A program made the translations under genes and the position numbers. Of a stretch of 64,000 nt of DNA, positions 35,933 through 44,964 are shown in pieces. The stretch spans positions 287,675 to 351,674 of the forward strand of contig SHNF01000006.1 of the NCBI GenBank assembly GCA_004295085.1. Direction: 5' to 3'. The number at the start of each line of letters is the position of its first letter. Within the stretch, counting starts at the first letter, position 1. The notes under the pieces are model-generated. The model searched no databases. It worked only from the letters and a program-made list of their open reading frames with translations, and had not been told where the DNA came from. The stretch comes from Planctomycetota bacterium (GTDB lineage: Bacteria; Planctomycetota; UBA1135).

Positions 35933-36067
35933 TTGGATTCTCCATGAGGCAGGGAAGGAACCCTGGGGTCCCCAGATGATAGCCACGATCCGATGCCGCC
36001 GCAGCCGGCCGAACCTGGCCCCAGCGGCGGTCGCCAAGCCCGCCGCGCGTGCTCCGCGGCGTTCCGC

Positions 36068-36970
36068 CTACAGGATCGGCTGGCTGTTCAGGTTGGACAG
36101 CTCGCCCAGCGCGGCGGCCTGGATCCAGGCGTGGCGGCCGGAGCCAGCGGCCGGCACGTTGACCACGAGCGAGGCGGCACCGGCGGCGTCCGCAAAGGCG
36201 CTGCCGATCAGAGCGGGCTGGCCCAGCTCCAGGGTGACGCCGAGCTGAGGCACGAACGTCGCTCCCGTTCCGGTGAGGCTGCGCGCGAAGAACACGCGCC
36301 GGCCCGGATCGGCTCCCGTGACGCTGAGCGTGGCCGGCTGGCCGCCCGCCAGCGGAGTCACGTCGAGCCGCATCTCGTAGGTCTCCACGTCGAGCCGCGG
36401 CAGCCGGTTGACGTTCGGCGCCGTGTTGTTGCTGTAGAAGTAGCCCAGCCGCGAGATCCCGGCGCTCTCATCCTGCACGCGGAACAGCCAGCCGTGATTG
36501 GGAAACACACCGCTCGCCTGCTCGCGCACGATGGCGGTGGCGTCCCAGCTCACCCAGCCGGTATGGAAGATGTCACCTGCCTCGGCCCTGGACCAGGCGC
36601 GCGGGTCGTAGCCGGGCTGGTTGTTCCAGGTCACGATCGCCTCCGTCCAAGGCGCGGTGACGGCGTGCAGCTCGCAGTCGATGCCGCCGGCGGCCTGTTC
36701 CGTCGCGTACTGGTAAGCCGAGAACCTGGCGGATCGCACGAGCAAGGGGTCGGTGGGGAGGCCGGACAGATTGAACTGGACCAGGGTGCGGATGTTCCCC
36801 AGGCCCCAGAACTCGCCGCGGCCGAACCAGAGATCCTGGGTCCCGAAGCTGCTGTCGGGATTGATGTCGCGGACGAAGCTGTCCTGGGTCGGATTGAGGG
36901 TCACGAGGGTCTGCGCCGCAACGGCGGGGCAGAAGGCGGCGGCAAGCAAGAGACCGGTGAACGGACGCAT
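36068..36970 (-). CDS. secreted protein with a DNRLRE-like N-terminal domain
   Basis: Signal peptide MRPFTGLLLAAAFCPAVAAQ. The pattern NPTQDSFVRD...RTLVQFNLSGLP...ARFSAYQY...HAVTAPWTEAIVTWNNQPG is typical of that domain as I remember it. Confidence 0.6.
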   Translation of the reverse strand: MRPFTGLLLAAAFCPAVAAQTLVTLNPTQDSFVRDINPDSSFGTQDLWFGRGEFWGLGNIRTLVQFNLSGLPTDPLLVRSARFSAYQYATEQAAGGIDCELHAVTAPWTEAIVTWNNQPGYDPRAWSRAEAGDIFHTGWVSWDATAIVREQASGVFPNHGWLFRVQDESAGISRLGYFYSNNTAPNVNRLPRLDVETYEMRLDVTPLAGGQPATLSVTGADPGRRVFFARSLTGTGATFVPQLGVTLELGQPALIGSAFADAAGAASLVVNVPAAGSGRHAWIQAAALGELSNLNSQPIL

Positions 36971-37094
36971 GGTAGGAATGGCACGAGGGTCAGGCGAACA
37001 AGCAGCATGACGAAGGAGGCTCTCCGTGAGCGGGCGGCGTGTTCGCTCCCGAATCCCGGAGAGCCATGGTGATCAGCTCATCCCTCTGGTCAGT

Positions 37095-37874
37095 CTAGGG
37101 GACGGTGTCGAAGGGCTCGGAAGACGAGCTCGGCTCCGGCGCGTTCAGGAACAGCTTCAGGAAGCGCGCCCGGCAGAACTTCTCCGCATTGAGGATGCGG
37201 ATCGTCACCTCCGGCAGTGAGCCGGTGGAGTAGCCCGTCAGTTCCTTGACCTCGAGCACTTCGAAGGACACGGTGCCGAGGTTGGCGCCCTTGAGGCTGC
37301 CCTGGAGCGGGTCGTAATTGATGCTGACGTCGCCGTCGTAGACGACGGCACAGACCCTGCGGCCCACCAGCATGTCGAGCCCGGTGGCGCGCAGCGGCGT
37401 CACGAGCGGAATGTTGTCCAGCAGGACTTCGGGACTGTCTCCCGTGCCGAGTCCGGGCCCGACGTTGTGCGGGTACTCGATCCGGTTGTTGCCGAGGTAG
37501 TTCTCCAGGCCGTCCGAAGTGGGGCCGGCGGCGTCCCAGGAATCCGGGATCACCTTCACGGCGAACCAGCCTTCGTCCCCGACCGTGCCCGAATGCAGCT
37601 TGATGATGTCGCCGGGATTGGCGTCGAAGAAGCGCAGCTCGCTGCGCACGGCGAGGTCCGCAATGTCGTCGTTGACCTCTTTCTCCGAGAAGAAGTTCGG
37701 CGGGTTGCCGTTGTCGATGGCGTCCTCATCGAGGATGAGGAACAGCGGGTGCGCATTGGCAGCCGCGATGTCCAGGGACTGAGCCGGAGGCGCCGTCAGG
37801 AACACGCCGGCCGTTCCGGCCCCCATGGCCAGAGCGGCGAGGAACAGGCGCGGATGGATTCTGGGCACGAACAT
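37095..37874 (-). CDS. secreted hypothetical protein
   Basis: Signal peptide MFVPRIHPRLFLAALAMGAGTAGVFLTAPPAQS. Acidic, protein-like composition. Lower GC than the flanks. Confidence 0.6.
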   Translation of the reverse strand: MFVPRIHPRLFLAALAMGAGTAGVFLTAPPAQSLDIAAANAHPLFLILDEDAIDNGNPPNFFSEKEVNDDIADLAVRSELRFFDANPGDIIKLHSGTVGDEGWFAVKVIPDSWDAAGPTSDGLENYLGNNRIEYPHNVGPGLGTGDSPEVLLDNIPLVTPLRATGLDMLVGRRVCAVVYDGDVSINYDPLQGSLKGANLGTVSFEVLEVKELTGYSTGSLPEVTIRILNAEKFCRARFLKLFLNAPEPSSSSEPFDTVP

Positions 37875-38059
37875 GATGCATCTCCCAAGGCAAGTGGTTT
37901 CTGGGTTGTCAGGCGCTTGAGATCAGGCCGGAAGGTGTGCTTCGCCGGCGGAGAGCTCGGGCTGCCTGCGTCCTTCCCTTGTGGAATGCGGGCGGCGCTC
38001 CTTGCGCATTCGCGCACTCTTTTTCGCAGCTCTCCACGATGTCCGGGCGCGCGCTCCGA

Positions 38060-38086
38060 GAGTCCGCTGCAGAGAGGAGCGGACTC
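38060..38086 (-). terminator. 9-bp stem hairpin just downstream of the CHAT gene stop; possible terminator
   Basis: GAGTCCGCT (38060-38068) / AGCGGACTC (38078-38086) with a 9-nt loop, 8 nt after the stop at 38094-38096. No U-tract follows. Confidence 0.35.
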
Positions 38087-38093
38087 GGCGGGA

Positions 38094-41000
38094 TCAGCGC
38101 GGGTCGCCGAAGTAACGGAATGCCGCCCAGTAGTACGGGTCCGGCAGGGCGCTCCGGACGCGGCGCTTGGCCTCGCGCAGGGCTTCCGGTTTTCTCAGCC
38201 GCGCATGCCCGAAGAGGCCGTCGTAGAAGGCGCACATCAAGTGGACGGTGACGTCGCTGTCCACCTGCCACGTGCTTGCCACGACCGCAGGAACGCCGGC
38301 GCAGTGGAATCCGATGGGCAGGCTGAGGTCGGAGTAGAGTCCAGCGCCGCCCGTTCCGCTCTCACATGCGGACAAGACCGCGAGCTCGCAGCCCAGCAGC
38401 TTTCTCGGCCAGTGCTCCAGCACGTCCTGGAGCCGCAGAAAGCCATGTTCCTCCTCTCCGGAGCCTCCGGGAACACTGAGAGCCAGGCCGGCGCTGTAGG
38501 GACGCAGGCTGTCCCCGATGCGCCCATGAGCGGCGATGTGGACGATCCGCTTGCCTTCCGCCCGGGCCAGGACATTCGCGGCCGTCGCCTGGTCCTGCAC
38601 GAGGAGCTCGGCCTGGGCCCCGAACTGCGCGAGGATGCTGCGGATGATCTCCACCTCGTGGCCGGTCTCCGGAAGAGGTGGCAGCCCTGCCGGATTGGCT
38701 CGGATGCTGGCCAGGACCTCGCCCGCTTCCATGTCGCCTGCGTGGGCACGCAGAGTTATCTCCTCGCGATCCAACCGGCTGATCGCGGGGAAGCTGGGAT
38801 CGCCGACCAGCAAGGCCGACCAGGAATCCAGGCTCGGGTCCCTGCGCTCCAGGCTGCGGAGGTACTTCAGGACGGATCCAGACGGCAGGTAGGCGACCAC
38901 CGGGACCCGGTCCAGGAGGAACCGGCAGTCGGCCCAGCGAGCACCCGCTTCTGTGACCAGGGCCTCGAACGGCAGCCTGTCGAGCGGTCCGTCCGGTACC
39001 AGATAGAGCGTCTGGACGCCTTGGCTCCGTGACTGGATGGCGGGAGGGATCAGCGTGCGGTAGAGAGCATGCAGCTCGCGGATGAGCTCCGATTCCAGCG
39101 CTTGTGCCGGCGCAACGAAGGGCTCCGCGGACGGGTCCGCAGGGCTTCTGCTCACCGCGTTCATGGTCGTGGCAATCCGGGACGCGAGCTCGGTCATGGC
39201 CTCCGCGCCCTCCGTCACCGGATGGGCCTCGATGCCGCCGCTCCCGGCGGGTGGCACGAGGAACAGGATCAATTCGGTATCGGACCAGGCAAAATAGAGC
39301 AGAAGCTCGTCCTCGCCCAGCAGGGCCTGGAGCTCGACGGCGCCGGCCGGATGTCCTTCGGCGATCATCCTTCTCCAGCGGCTGGAGGCTGCGCGCTCGG
39401 CCATCCACTCATCACGTACGGCGAGGGCCAGCTCCCGGCTCCCTGCCTGGATCTCGGATTGGACGGCGTGGGTTTGCCCGTCCTTGGAAGCCAGCAGGTC
39501 CGTGACGCGCTGGTGCGCTTCGGCCTTCCTCTGCCGGGCCGCCTCGGCCAGGGCTTCGAAGGTCCGGACGTCCTCCTGCTGCCCCGCGACCCGGACTTCC
39601 ACGTCGCCGAGGGCCCCGCTGAGCAGATCGAGGACGAGACGAGCGCGCCCGCGTTCCTGCGCCTCCAGCGCCGTCCCGGGCATCGACAAGGCGCAATAGG
39701 TCCGGCTCAGCGCATCGGCGATCGACTCGAGGCCGTGGTACCTTCCGAATGCCGCACGATCCTGGAGGTCGGCGAGGCCGCTGCGAGCGTGCTCCGCGTA
39801 CGTGAGAGCGGATTCCAGCAAGTCCCGCGCCCGCGGCCAGTCTTCGAGTCCCATGGCCGCTATCCCGAGGAGGAAGTCATCCAAAGCCAGGAAGGGATGG
39901 TCTTCTCCGAAAAAGGCTCGATCGGAGTCTCGCACCGTGTTCAGCCGCTCGCTCGCTGGTTCGTACTTGCCCTCCAGCAGCAGGAGCTCGCAGATCCTGA
40001 AGAGGACCGTTGTGGCGCTTCGTGGGTCGAGACCCTCACGATAGAGCGCGTAGGCGCTCTCGAGCTCGCTTTCGGCGAGGTCTAGGGCGCCGGCCCGGAA
40101 ATGAACTCCGGCGTTCGTGACGTGGAAGTTCGCCAGTCGCATCCAGTGCTCGCGGTCCCCGACCAGGGAATCCAGGGCCGCTCTGGCCAGATCCGCATAC
40201 GACCTGGCAACCTCGACCGATCCCAGCCGCGCGTGAATGTCCGAGAGCGAGCGCAGCACCTCGAAGACCCTCCGCGGGTCCTCCCGGGCGCTCTCGTAGA
40301 CCCGCAGCGAGTCCACTGCATAGTGAAGCGCGGGCTCGAGCAGGTCCTTGTTCCTGCAGGCGCCCGCCAGGTCGTTCAACGCGTCTGCATAGCGTGGATG
40401 ACGGCGTCCGAGGACCTCCTCGTACTGGACTCGCACCGTCTCCAGGAGCTGCATCGCCTGGTCCAGATCGGCACCGGCCAGGAGGAGCACCTTGGCGCGG
40501 AGGTGCAGCAGGTCCGTCGTCTGTGGATCGTCCGGGCCGAGGATCCGGCTGCGGATCTCCTGGGCCTGCCGGCACGCATCCAGCAAGCTTGCAACCTCGC
40601 CGCTCTCCGCTCGCGTCGGGCCGATCAGGCGCGGAAGGCTCGCGACCACGCCGGCCCGCAAGCGCTCGCTTTCAAGGAAGGATGCCTGCTGATCCGGCGT
40701 TGCGGCGGCGAGCCGGACGGCAAGCTGTTCGGCGCGCCGCGCGTCGCCGATCTCCCACCATTCCGAACCGTCCTGGAGGCCTGCCGTCGCGCCGGCCTGT
40801 TCCTCGACCTCGGCGAAGAGCCGCTGCGCCTCCTCGCGCGCTGCCGAGAACTCACCGCTGCGGATCCGGCTCCCCAGTGCGGCCACCCGCTGTCGGATCA
40901 CGGAGCGGTCCAGCAGGATGCCGAACTTCGGCTCCCGCTCCTCCGTGACGCGGAGCTCGTGGACCCTGGCTGCACACCGGAAGATCTTCTCCAAGGCCTT

Positions 41001-41744
41001 CTGGAGCTCGGAAGCATTCGCGCTGGACCGCATGAGCTTCAGCACCTTCTCGGTCGAGTCCTCCTCGATCGGTGCGCGCGAGACCAGCGCAACAAGGAAG
41101 CTCTTCTCGGGAAGCTCGCGTCCACCGGGAACCTGGCAGGAGTAGAAGGAGGTGCGACCTTCGGAGACCTTGCGGAACCGCCGGTCGATGGTCTCCACGG
41201 CATCCGGCTCCAGGGTGGCCAGGAACACCCAGAGGTGAGCGTCGTCCACGGTGGACAAGGCCAAGGGCAGCTCCTGCCCCGGCGCGACGACGAGCGCCTC
41301 CAGCTCGCCGTCCGCGGGCTCGCCGCTGGCGCGCCGGGTGGAGTCGCCCAGCACGCTGAAGTGAATGGTCCCGAGCGACGGCGCTGGTTCCTCGCCGGTT
41401 CCGACGGCCCGGTAAATCGCGAAGCCGGCTCCGGCAAAGAGCAGGAGCTGTGCCGCCAGGCGCAAAAGGCCGGGGATCCGCCGCGGTCGGGCCGGCGGGC
41501 GCCCGCGGCCGGGGAGCGGCGCCGCAGCCGGCGCGCCTTCCATTCCAGGACGGCGCACGAATTCCGCAGCGAGTGCGCACGCCAGCCCACGGCACTGCGC
41601 GCAGGCGGCCAGGTGGCGCCGGATGAGCCCCTCTTCCTCCTGCATCAGGTCTCCCGAGAAATAGGCGACGAGGGCGTCGATCGTGGGACAGGGTCCGTGC
41701 ACTGCCTCGGGCTCGGGAGCTTCCTCGCGCCGTTCGCTCGTCAT
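38094..41744 (-). CDS. membrane anti-sigma factor (zinc HxxxCxxC type) fused to TPR-like repeats and a C-terminal CHAT (caspase-fold) protease domain
   Basis: ATG at 41744. CPTIDALVAYFSGDL...RRHLAACAQCR (H-x3-C-x2-C). TM LLRLAAQLLLFAGAGFAIY. Long helical-repeat region. CHAT strings LYLVPDGPLDRLPFEAL, IVHIAAHGR, CELAVLSACESGTGG, GVPAVVASTWQVDSD, PYYWAAFRYFGDP. Confidence 0.9.
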   Translation of the reverse strand: MTSERREEAPEPEAVHGPCPTIDALVAYFSGDLMQEEEGLIRRHLAACAQCRGLACALAAEFVRRPGMEGAPAAAPLPGRGRPPARPRRIPGLLRLAAQLLLFAGAGFAIYRAVGTGEEPAPSLGTIHFSVLGDSTRRASGEPADGELEALVVAPGQELPLALSTVDDAHLWVFLATLEPDAVETIDRRFRKVSEGRTSFYSCQVPGGRELPEKSFLVALVSRAPIEEDSTEKVLKLMRSSANASELQKALEKIFRCAARVHELRVTEEREPKFGILLDRSVIRQRVAALGSRIRSGEFSAAREEAQRLFAEVEEQAGATAGLQDGSEWWEIGDARRAEQLAVRLAAATPDQQASFLESERLRAGVVASLPRLIGPTRAESGEVASLLDACRQAQEIRSRILGPDDPQTTDLLHLRAKVLLLAGADLDQAMQLLETVRVQYEEVLGRRHPRYADALNDLAGACRNKDLLEPALHYAVDSLRVYESAREDPRRVFEVLRSLSDIHARLGSVEVARSYADLARAALDSLVGDREHWMRLANFHVTNAGVHFRAGALDLAESELESAYALYREGLDPRSATTVLFRICELLLLEGKYEPASERLNTVRDSDRAFFGEDHPFLALDDFLLGIAAMGLEDWPRARDLLESALTYAEHARSGLADLQDRAAFGRYHGLESIADALSRTYCALSMPGTALEAQERGRARLVLDLLSGALGDVEVRVAGQQEDVRTFEALAEAARQRKAEAHQRVTDLLASKDGQTHAVQSEIQAGSRELALAVRDEWMAERAASSRWRRMIAEGHPAGAVELQALLGEDELLLYFAWSDTELILFLVPPAGSGGIEAHPVTEGAEAMTELASRIATTMNAVSRSPADPSAEPFVAPAQALESELIRELHALYRTLIPPAIQSRSQGVQTLYLVPDGPLDRLPFEALVTEAGARWADCRFLLDRVPVVAYLPSGSVLKYLRSLERRDPSLDSWSALLVGDPSFPAISRLDREEITLRAHAGDMEAGEVLASIRANPAGLPPLPETGHEVEIIRSILAQFGAQAELLVQDQATAANVLARAEGKRIVHIAAHGRIGDSLRPYSAGLALSVPGGSGEEEHGFLRLQDVLEHWPRKLLGCELAVLSACESGTGGAGLYSDLSLPIGFHCAGVPAVVASTWQVDSDVTVHLMCAFYDGLFGHARLRKPEALREAKRRVRSALPDPYYWAAFRYFGDPR

Positions 41745-41769
41745 GGCCGGTACCAAGGGAGCCGCACTC

Positions 41770-42777
41770 CTACACCGGAGAATCCTGAGTGCACTTGTCC
41801 TCCTCCTTGTCCTTGAGGTAGCGGAGCGCCCAGCGACAGAATCGTCGAATCGGCTGGTACAGGCCCTGGCTGCTCTCGGAAAGGTCCAGATCGAACTCCT
41901 GGCAGGCAACGACATAGTCGCCCGGGGGGAGCGCTTTCAGGAGCTCGGCCTTCACGGCCTCGCCCAGGGCTTCCTGGCAGCGCGTCTTGCGCCGGGAGAA
42001 AGTCCCGGGATCGATGCCGAGCCTGGCGGCCAGGACCTGCTGCGGCCGCCTCGAGAGCACCCAATAGCAGTATGACTTCACATCCTCGAGCCGCAGCGCC
42101 TCCTTGTGCACCGTGCGCACCATGGCGTCGTACACGAGACTCCCGAGGTGCCTGGCGTCGATCTGCTCCTCTGCCGCAGCGGCCGAAGGCAGCACCAGCG
42201 GCCACGCATTGGCGAGGCCCAGGTCGCCTTCACGGGCTTCGCGTGAGCGTCCTCTGGCCCGGCCCCTAGACGACCACTCGTTCCAGACAAACCCGGCCAG
42301 CCACTTCTCGACGGGCGCCTTGGCCTCGTAGGTGAAGAAGGCCGGCGTCCGGCTCCTCCGGAACGCCCCGAAAGTCAGGGTCTCGACGGTTTCTTGCGCC
42401 AGGTCCTCTGCCTCGGCCCGGCGGGCCCCGAGATACTGATACAGCTGGACGATGCGCTGGGCATGGAGCCGCCGAAATGACTCCATGGCTTCCTCCCGGT
42501 CACCGTGCTGGGACGCAATGAGAAGGACGAGGTCCGCGCGGGGCGTCATGGCAAGGAGGTCCTTGAGCCGCTGCGTCGTGGGCGCGATGCCGGCCCTTAC
42601 TAGTCGCTCCTCGAGCGCCTCGATTGCGGCTTCCACGAAGATTTCCTCCGGCAGGCGCCGCAAGCCGTACTTCTCGACCCCCTCCCGGAAGGCCGCCGCC
42701 AGATCCCCCGCCAGCGCCTCCGCGTGGGTGGCGGACGAGGATTCCGGGTAGCCCTTCATGCGTTGAAACGGCGTCAT
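41770..42777 (-). CDS. atypical ECF-like sigma factor with N- and C-terminal extensions
   Basis: Region-2-like RLHAQRIVQLYQYLGARRAEAEDLAQETVETLTFGAF. Region-4 HTH WVLSRRPQQVLAARLGIDPGTFSRRKTRCQEALGEAV. At 335 aa it is much longer than ordinary ECF sigmas. It sits 25 nt upstream of the anti-sigma gene. Confidence 0.65.
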   Translation of the reverse strand: MTPFQRMKGYPESSSATHAEALAGDLAAAFREGVEKYGLRRLPEEIFVEAAIEALEERLVRAGIAPTTQRLKDLLAMTPRADLVLLIASQHGDREEAMESFRRLHAQRIVQLYQYLGARRAEAEDLAQETVETLTFGAFRRSRTPAFFTYEAKAPVEKWLAGFVWNEWSSRGRARGRSREAREGDLGLANAWPLVLPSAAAAEEQIDARHLGSLVYDAMVRTVHKEALRLEDVKSYCYWVLSRRPQQVLAARLGIDPGTFSRRKTRCQEALGEAVKAELLKALPPGDYVVACQEFDLDLSESSQGLYQPIRRFCRWALRYLKDKEEDKCTQDSPV

Positions 42778-43151
42778 TCTAGCTCGGTCGGAGGCTCAGC
42801 GAGCCTTCCAGCGCGCCGAAGGGCGGCGGCTGCAGCTTCCAACCCAGCCCCAGCCGCGCGCGGAGCTGGAAAAAGCGGCTCGAACCTGCAAGGAGCGCCG
42901 GCCTCATTCCACAAGAGTGGGAAGCAGGAAGTCCGTGGCGCCGGCTGGCCGCGTGATCCTCCAGCTCCTCCTTTCACCTCCAGCCCCTGTTCACCCCGAA
43001 ACCGACCTGACTGAGGAGATGTTCCGCTTCCCCGCTGCCATGGACCTCCAGGAACGGAGGCAAGGACGCGGGCCCTGGCCGTAGGATGTGCGGCCGATTT
43101 TCGCGCGTACCTCACAACCCTGGAACTGCGGTGCCCGATAGGAGACTCCTG

Positions 43152-44873
43152 ATGCTGCGTTTCGTCGCCTGCTGCTGCCTGTTCCTGGCCCCGGCCGGGT
43201 CTCTGCTCGCGCAGAACGCCCGGGAGCCTGCCCAGGTGCCGGATTTCGGCGGACAGCCGACCGGCGCTGCCTACGCGACTGGCGTGGAAGATGGCTACGC
43301 GGTCGCCGCTCATACTTATCCGGATACTCCCGGCGTGACCGTCGCCTTCCTGGATGAGCGTGGAGAGCCGTGGTCGCAGCCGGTCGTTCGCTACTCCGAT
43401 CCGAATTGCATCGGGCTGTGTCCGACGATCATGGTCATCGAGGAGATCGTCTTCGTCTGCTGGATCGAGCGGGTTACCAACGGCTCCGTCCAGGTCGATG
43501 CCCTTTACTACGACGTGACGGAAGAGAATGGTGAAGTCTGGAGAGGCCCGGAGCAGATGGCCGGAGACCCGACCATGGCGAGCGAGTCTGTCCTGGATTT
43601 CGCCGTGACGCGCGGGGCCGACCAGAACGGGCGGAGCTACATCTACGTCCTGGCGCTGCTGGAGGTCCAGGGCGCCCCGAACGACGAATTGGTGCTCTTC
43701 GCTGCGAATGCCGAGGGCGGTCCCTTCTCTCCGCCGGTGCACGTCCCCGACCGGATGCCGCAGGCCGCCGACGTGGACCAGATCGCCCTCTCCGCTTCCC
43801 CGGGCCGGATTCACGTGGCCTGGACGGACGACCGGGCGGCAACCGCGCCGGCCAACGATCTCTACTACAGGAGCCTGCTGGCCGGCACGCCGAACTTCGC
43901 CCCCGAGCAGAGATTGACGCTCCACAGTCAGGTGTTCGATGGCGATCTCCTCCTGGCCGCGGAGCGTGACCGTGTAGCGGCCGCCTGGCTGGCAACGCTC
44001 CCGTCCGCGAACCAGATCCTGCGGGCGATCGCCTCGGATGATGGCGGCAGCACCTTCGGAGCCGCGCAGATCGTTGGCGGCTACGCGCCGCCCGGGGACG
44101 ACGTCGACGATCCCAGCCTGGCGGTCGGTAGGACGGACAGGTCCGCCATGCTCGCCTGGTCCGATGATCGAACGGGTCAGGACATGGTCTACGCGGCCGC
44201 GCTGGCCCAGGGCTCCTCGCAGTGGAGTGCCGACAGTCTTGTCTTCGACCGCCCGGCTTCCAGGCCGACTGTGGCTCCCTCGAATCTCCCCGGCGGTCCG
44301 GTCCTGGCCACCGCCGTCGCCCCCGATGGTTATTTCGGGTTCTTCTCCTTCGACCAGACCCGTTCGTGGACCTCGGCCTTCCCGCTGGCCCCGATGGACC
44401 TTGGATTCGAATCCCTCGTGTCCCTCGCGCACGACAGCCGGTACAACGACTTCACGATTTCCTGGCTCGCATTGGCAGGCGGACAGCTGCATCAGTACGT
44501 CGGCGGTGTCCGGCCGCAGACGTTGAACATCGACGGCGCGATCTCCCAGGGTGCTCCCGCCTCCTTCGAGGTGATCTACTTTCCCACGTACGAAGCGGGA
44601 CTCGCCTTTCAAGTGCTGATCTCCGGCGGGTACGGGACTCTGCGTCTGCCCGGAGATGGCAGGTACGTCGGACTGCGGAACGACATCCTGTTCCGGAGCT
44701 TCCTCCTTCGCCCGGAGTTGCGGGGCGTCCTCGATTCCACCGGAGCGGGCCGGACCCAGCCGATCCAGATTCCCCTCCCCGCCGGAACACGGCTCTATCT
44801 GGTCGCGGTGAGCGGGAACGCGGCGGGTTTCGGCTCGATCACCGACGTGCTGCAGACCACCGTGGGTCCCTGA
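43152..44873 (+). CDS. secreted BNR/sialidase-like beta-propeller protein
   Basis: ATG at 43152 with GGAG 8 nt upstream. Signal peptide MLRFVACCCLFLAPAGSLLAQ. Asp-box-like strings ASDDGGSTFG and TEENGEVWRG. Repeated VAW/LAW..DDR strands. Confidence 0.65.
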   Translation: MLRFVACCCLFLAPAGSLLAQNAREPAQVPDFGGQPTGAAYATGVEDGYAVAAHTYPDTPGVTVAFLDERGEPWSQPVVRYSDPNCIGLCPTIMVIEEIVFVCWIERVTNGSVQVDALYYDVTEENGEVWRGPEQMAGDPTMASESVLDFAVTRGADQNGRSYIYVLALLEVQGAPNDELVLFAANAEGGPFSPPVHVPDRMPQAADVDQIALSASPGRIHVAWTDDRAATAPANDLYYRSLLAGTPNFAPEQRLTLHSQVFDGDLLLAAERDRVAAAWLATLPSANQILRAIASDDGGSTFGAAQIVGGYAPPGDDVDDPSLAVGRTDRSAMLAWSDDRTGQDMVYAAALAQGSSQWSADSLVFDRPASRPTVAPSNLPGGPVLATAVAPDGYFGFFSFDQTRSWTSAFPLAPMDLGFESLVSLAHDSRYNDFTISWLALAGGQLHQYVGGVRPQTLNIDGAISQGAPASFEVIYFPTYEAGLAFQVLISGGYGTLRLPGDGRYVGLRNDILFRSFLLRPELRGVLDSTGAGRTQPIQIPLPAGTRLYLVAVSGNAAGFGSITDVLQTTVGP

Positions 44874-44964
44874 GACCGGACCAGCCTGCTGCCGGCGAGG
44901 TCGCAGTGCATGACGGCCGCCGCATTGCCGCAGCGGCGCTCCAGTGCCATGATAGAGCTCAGCG

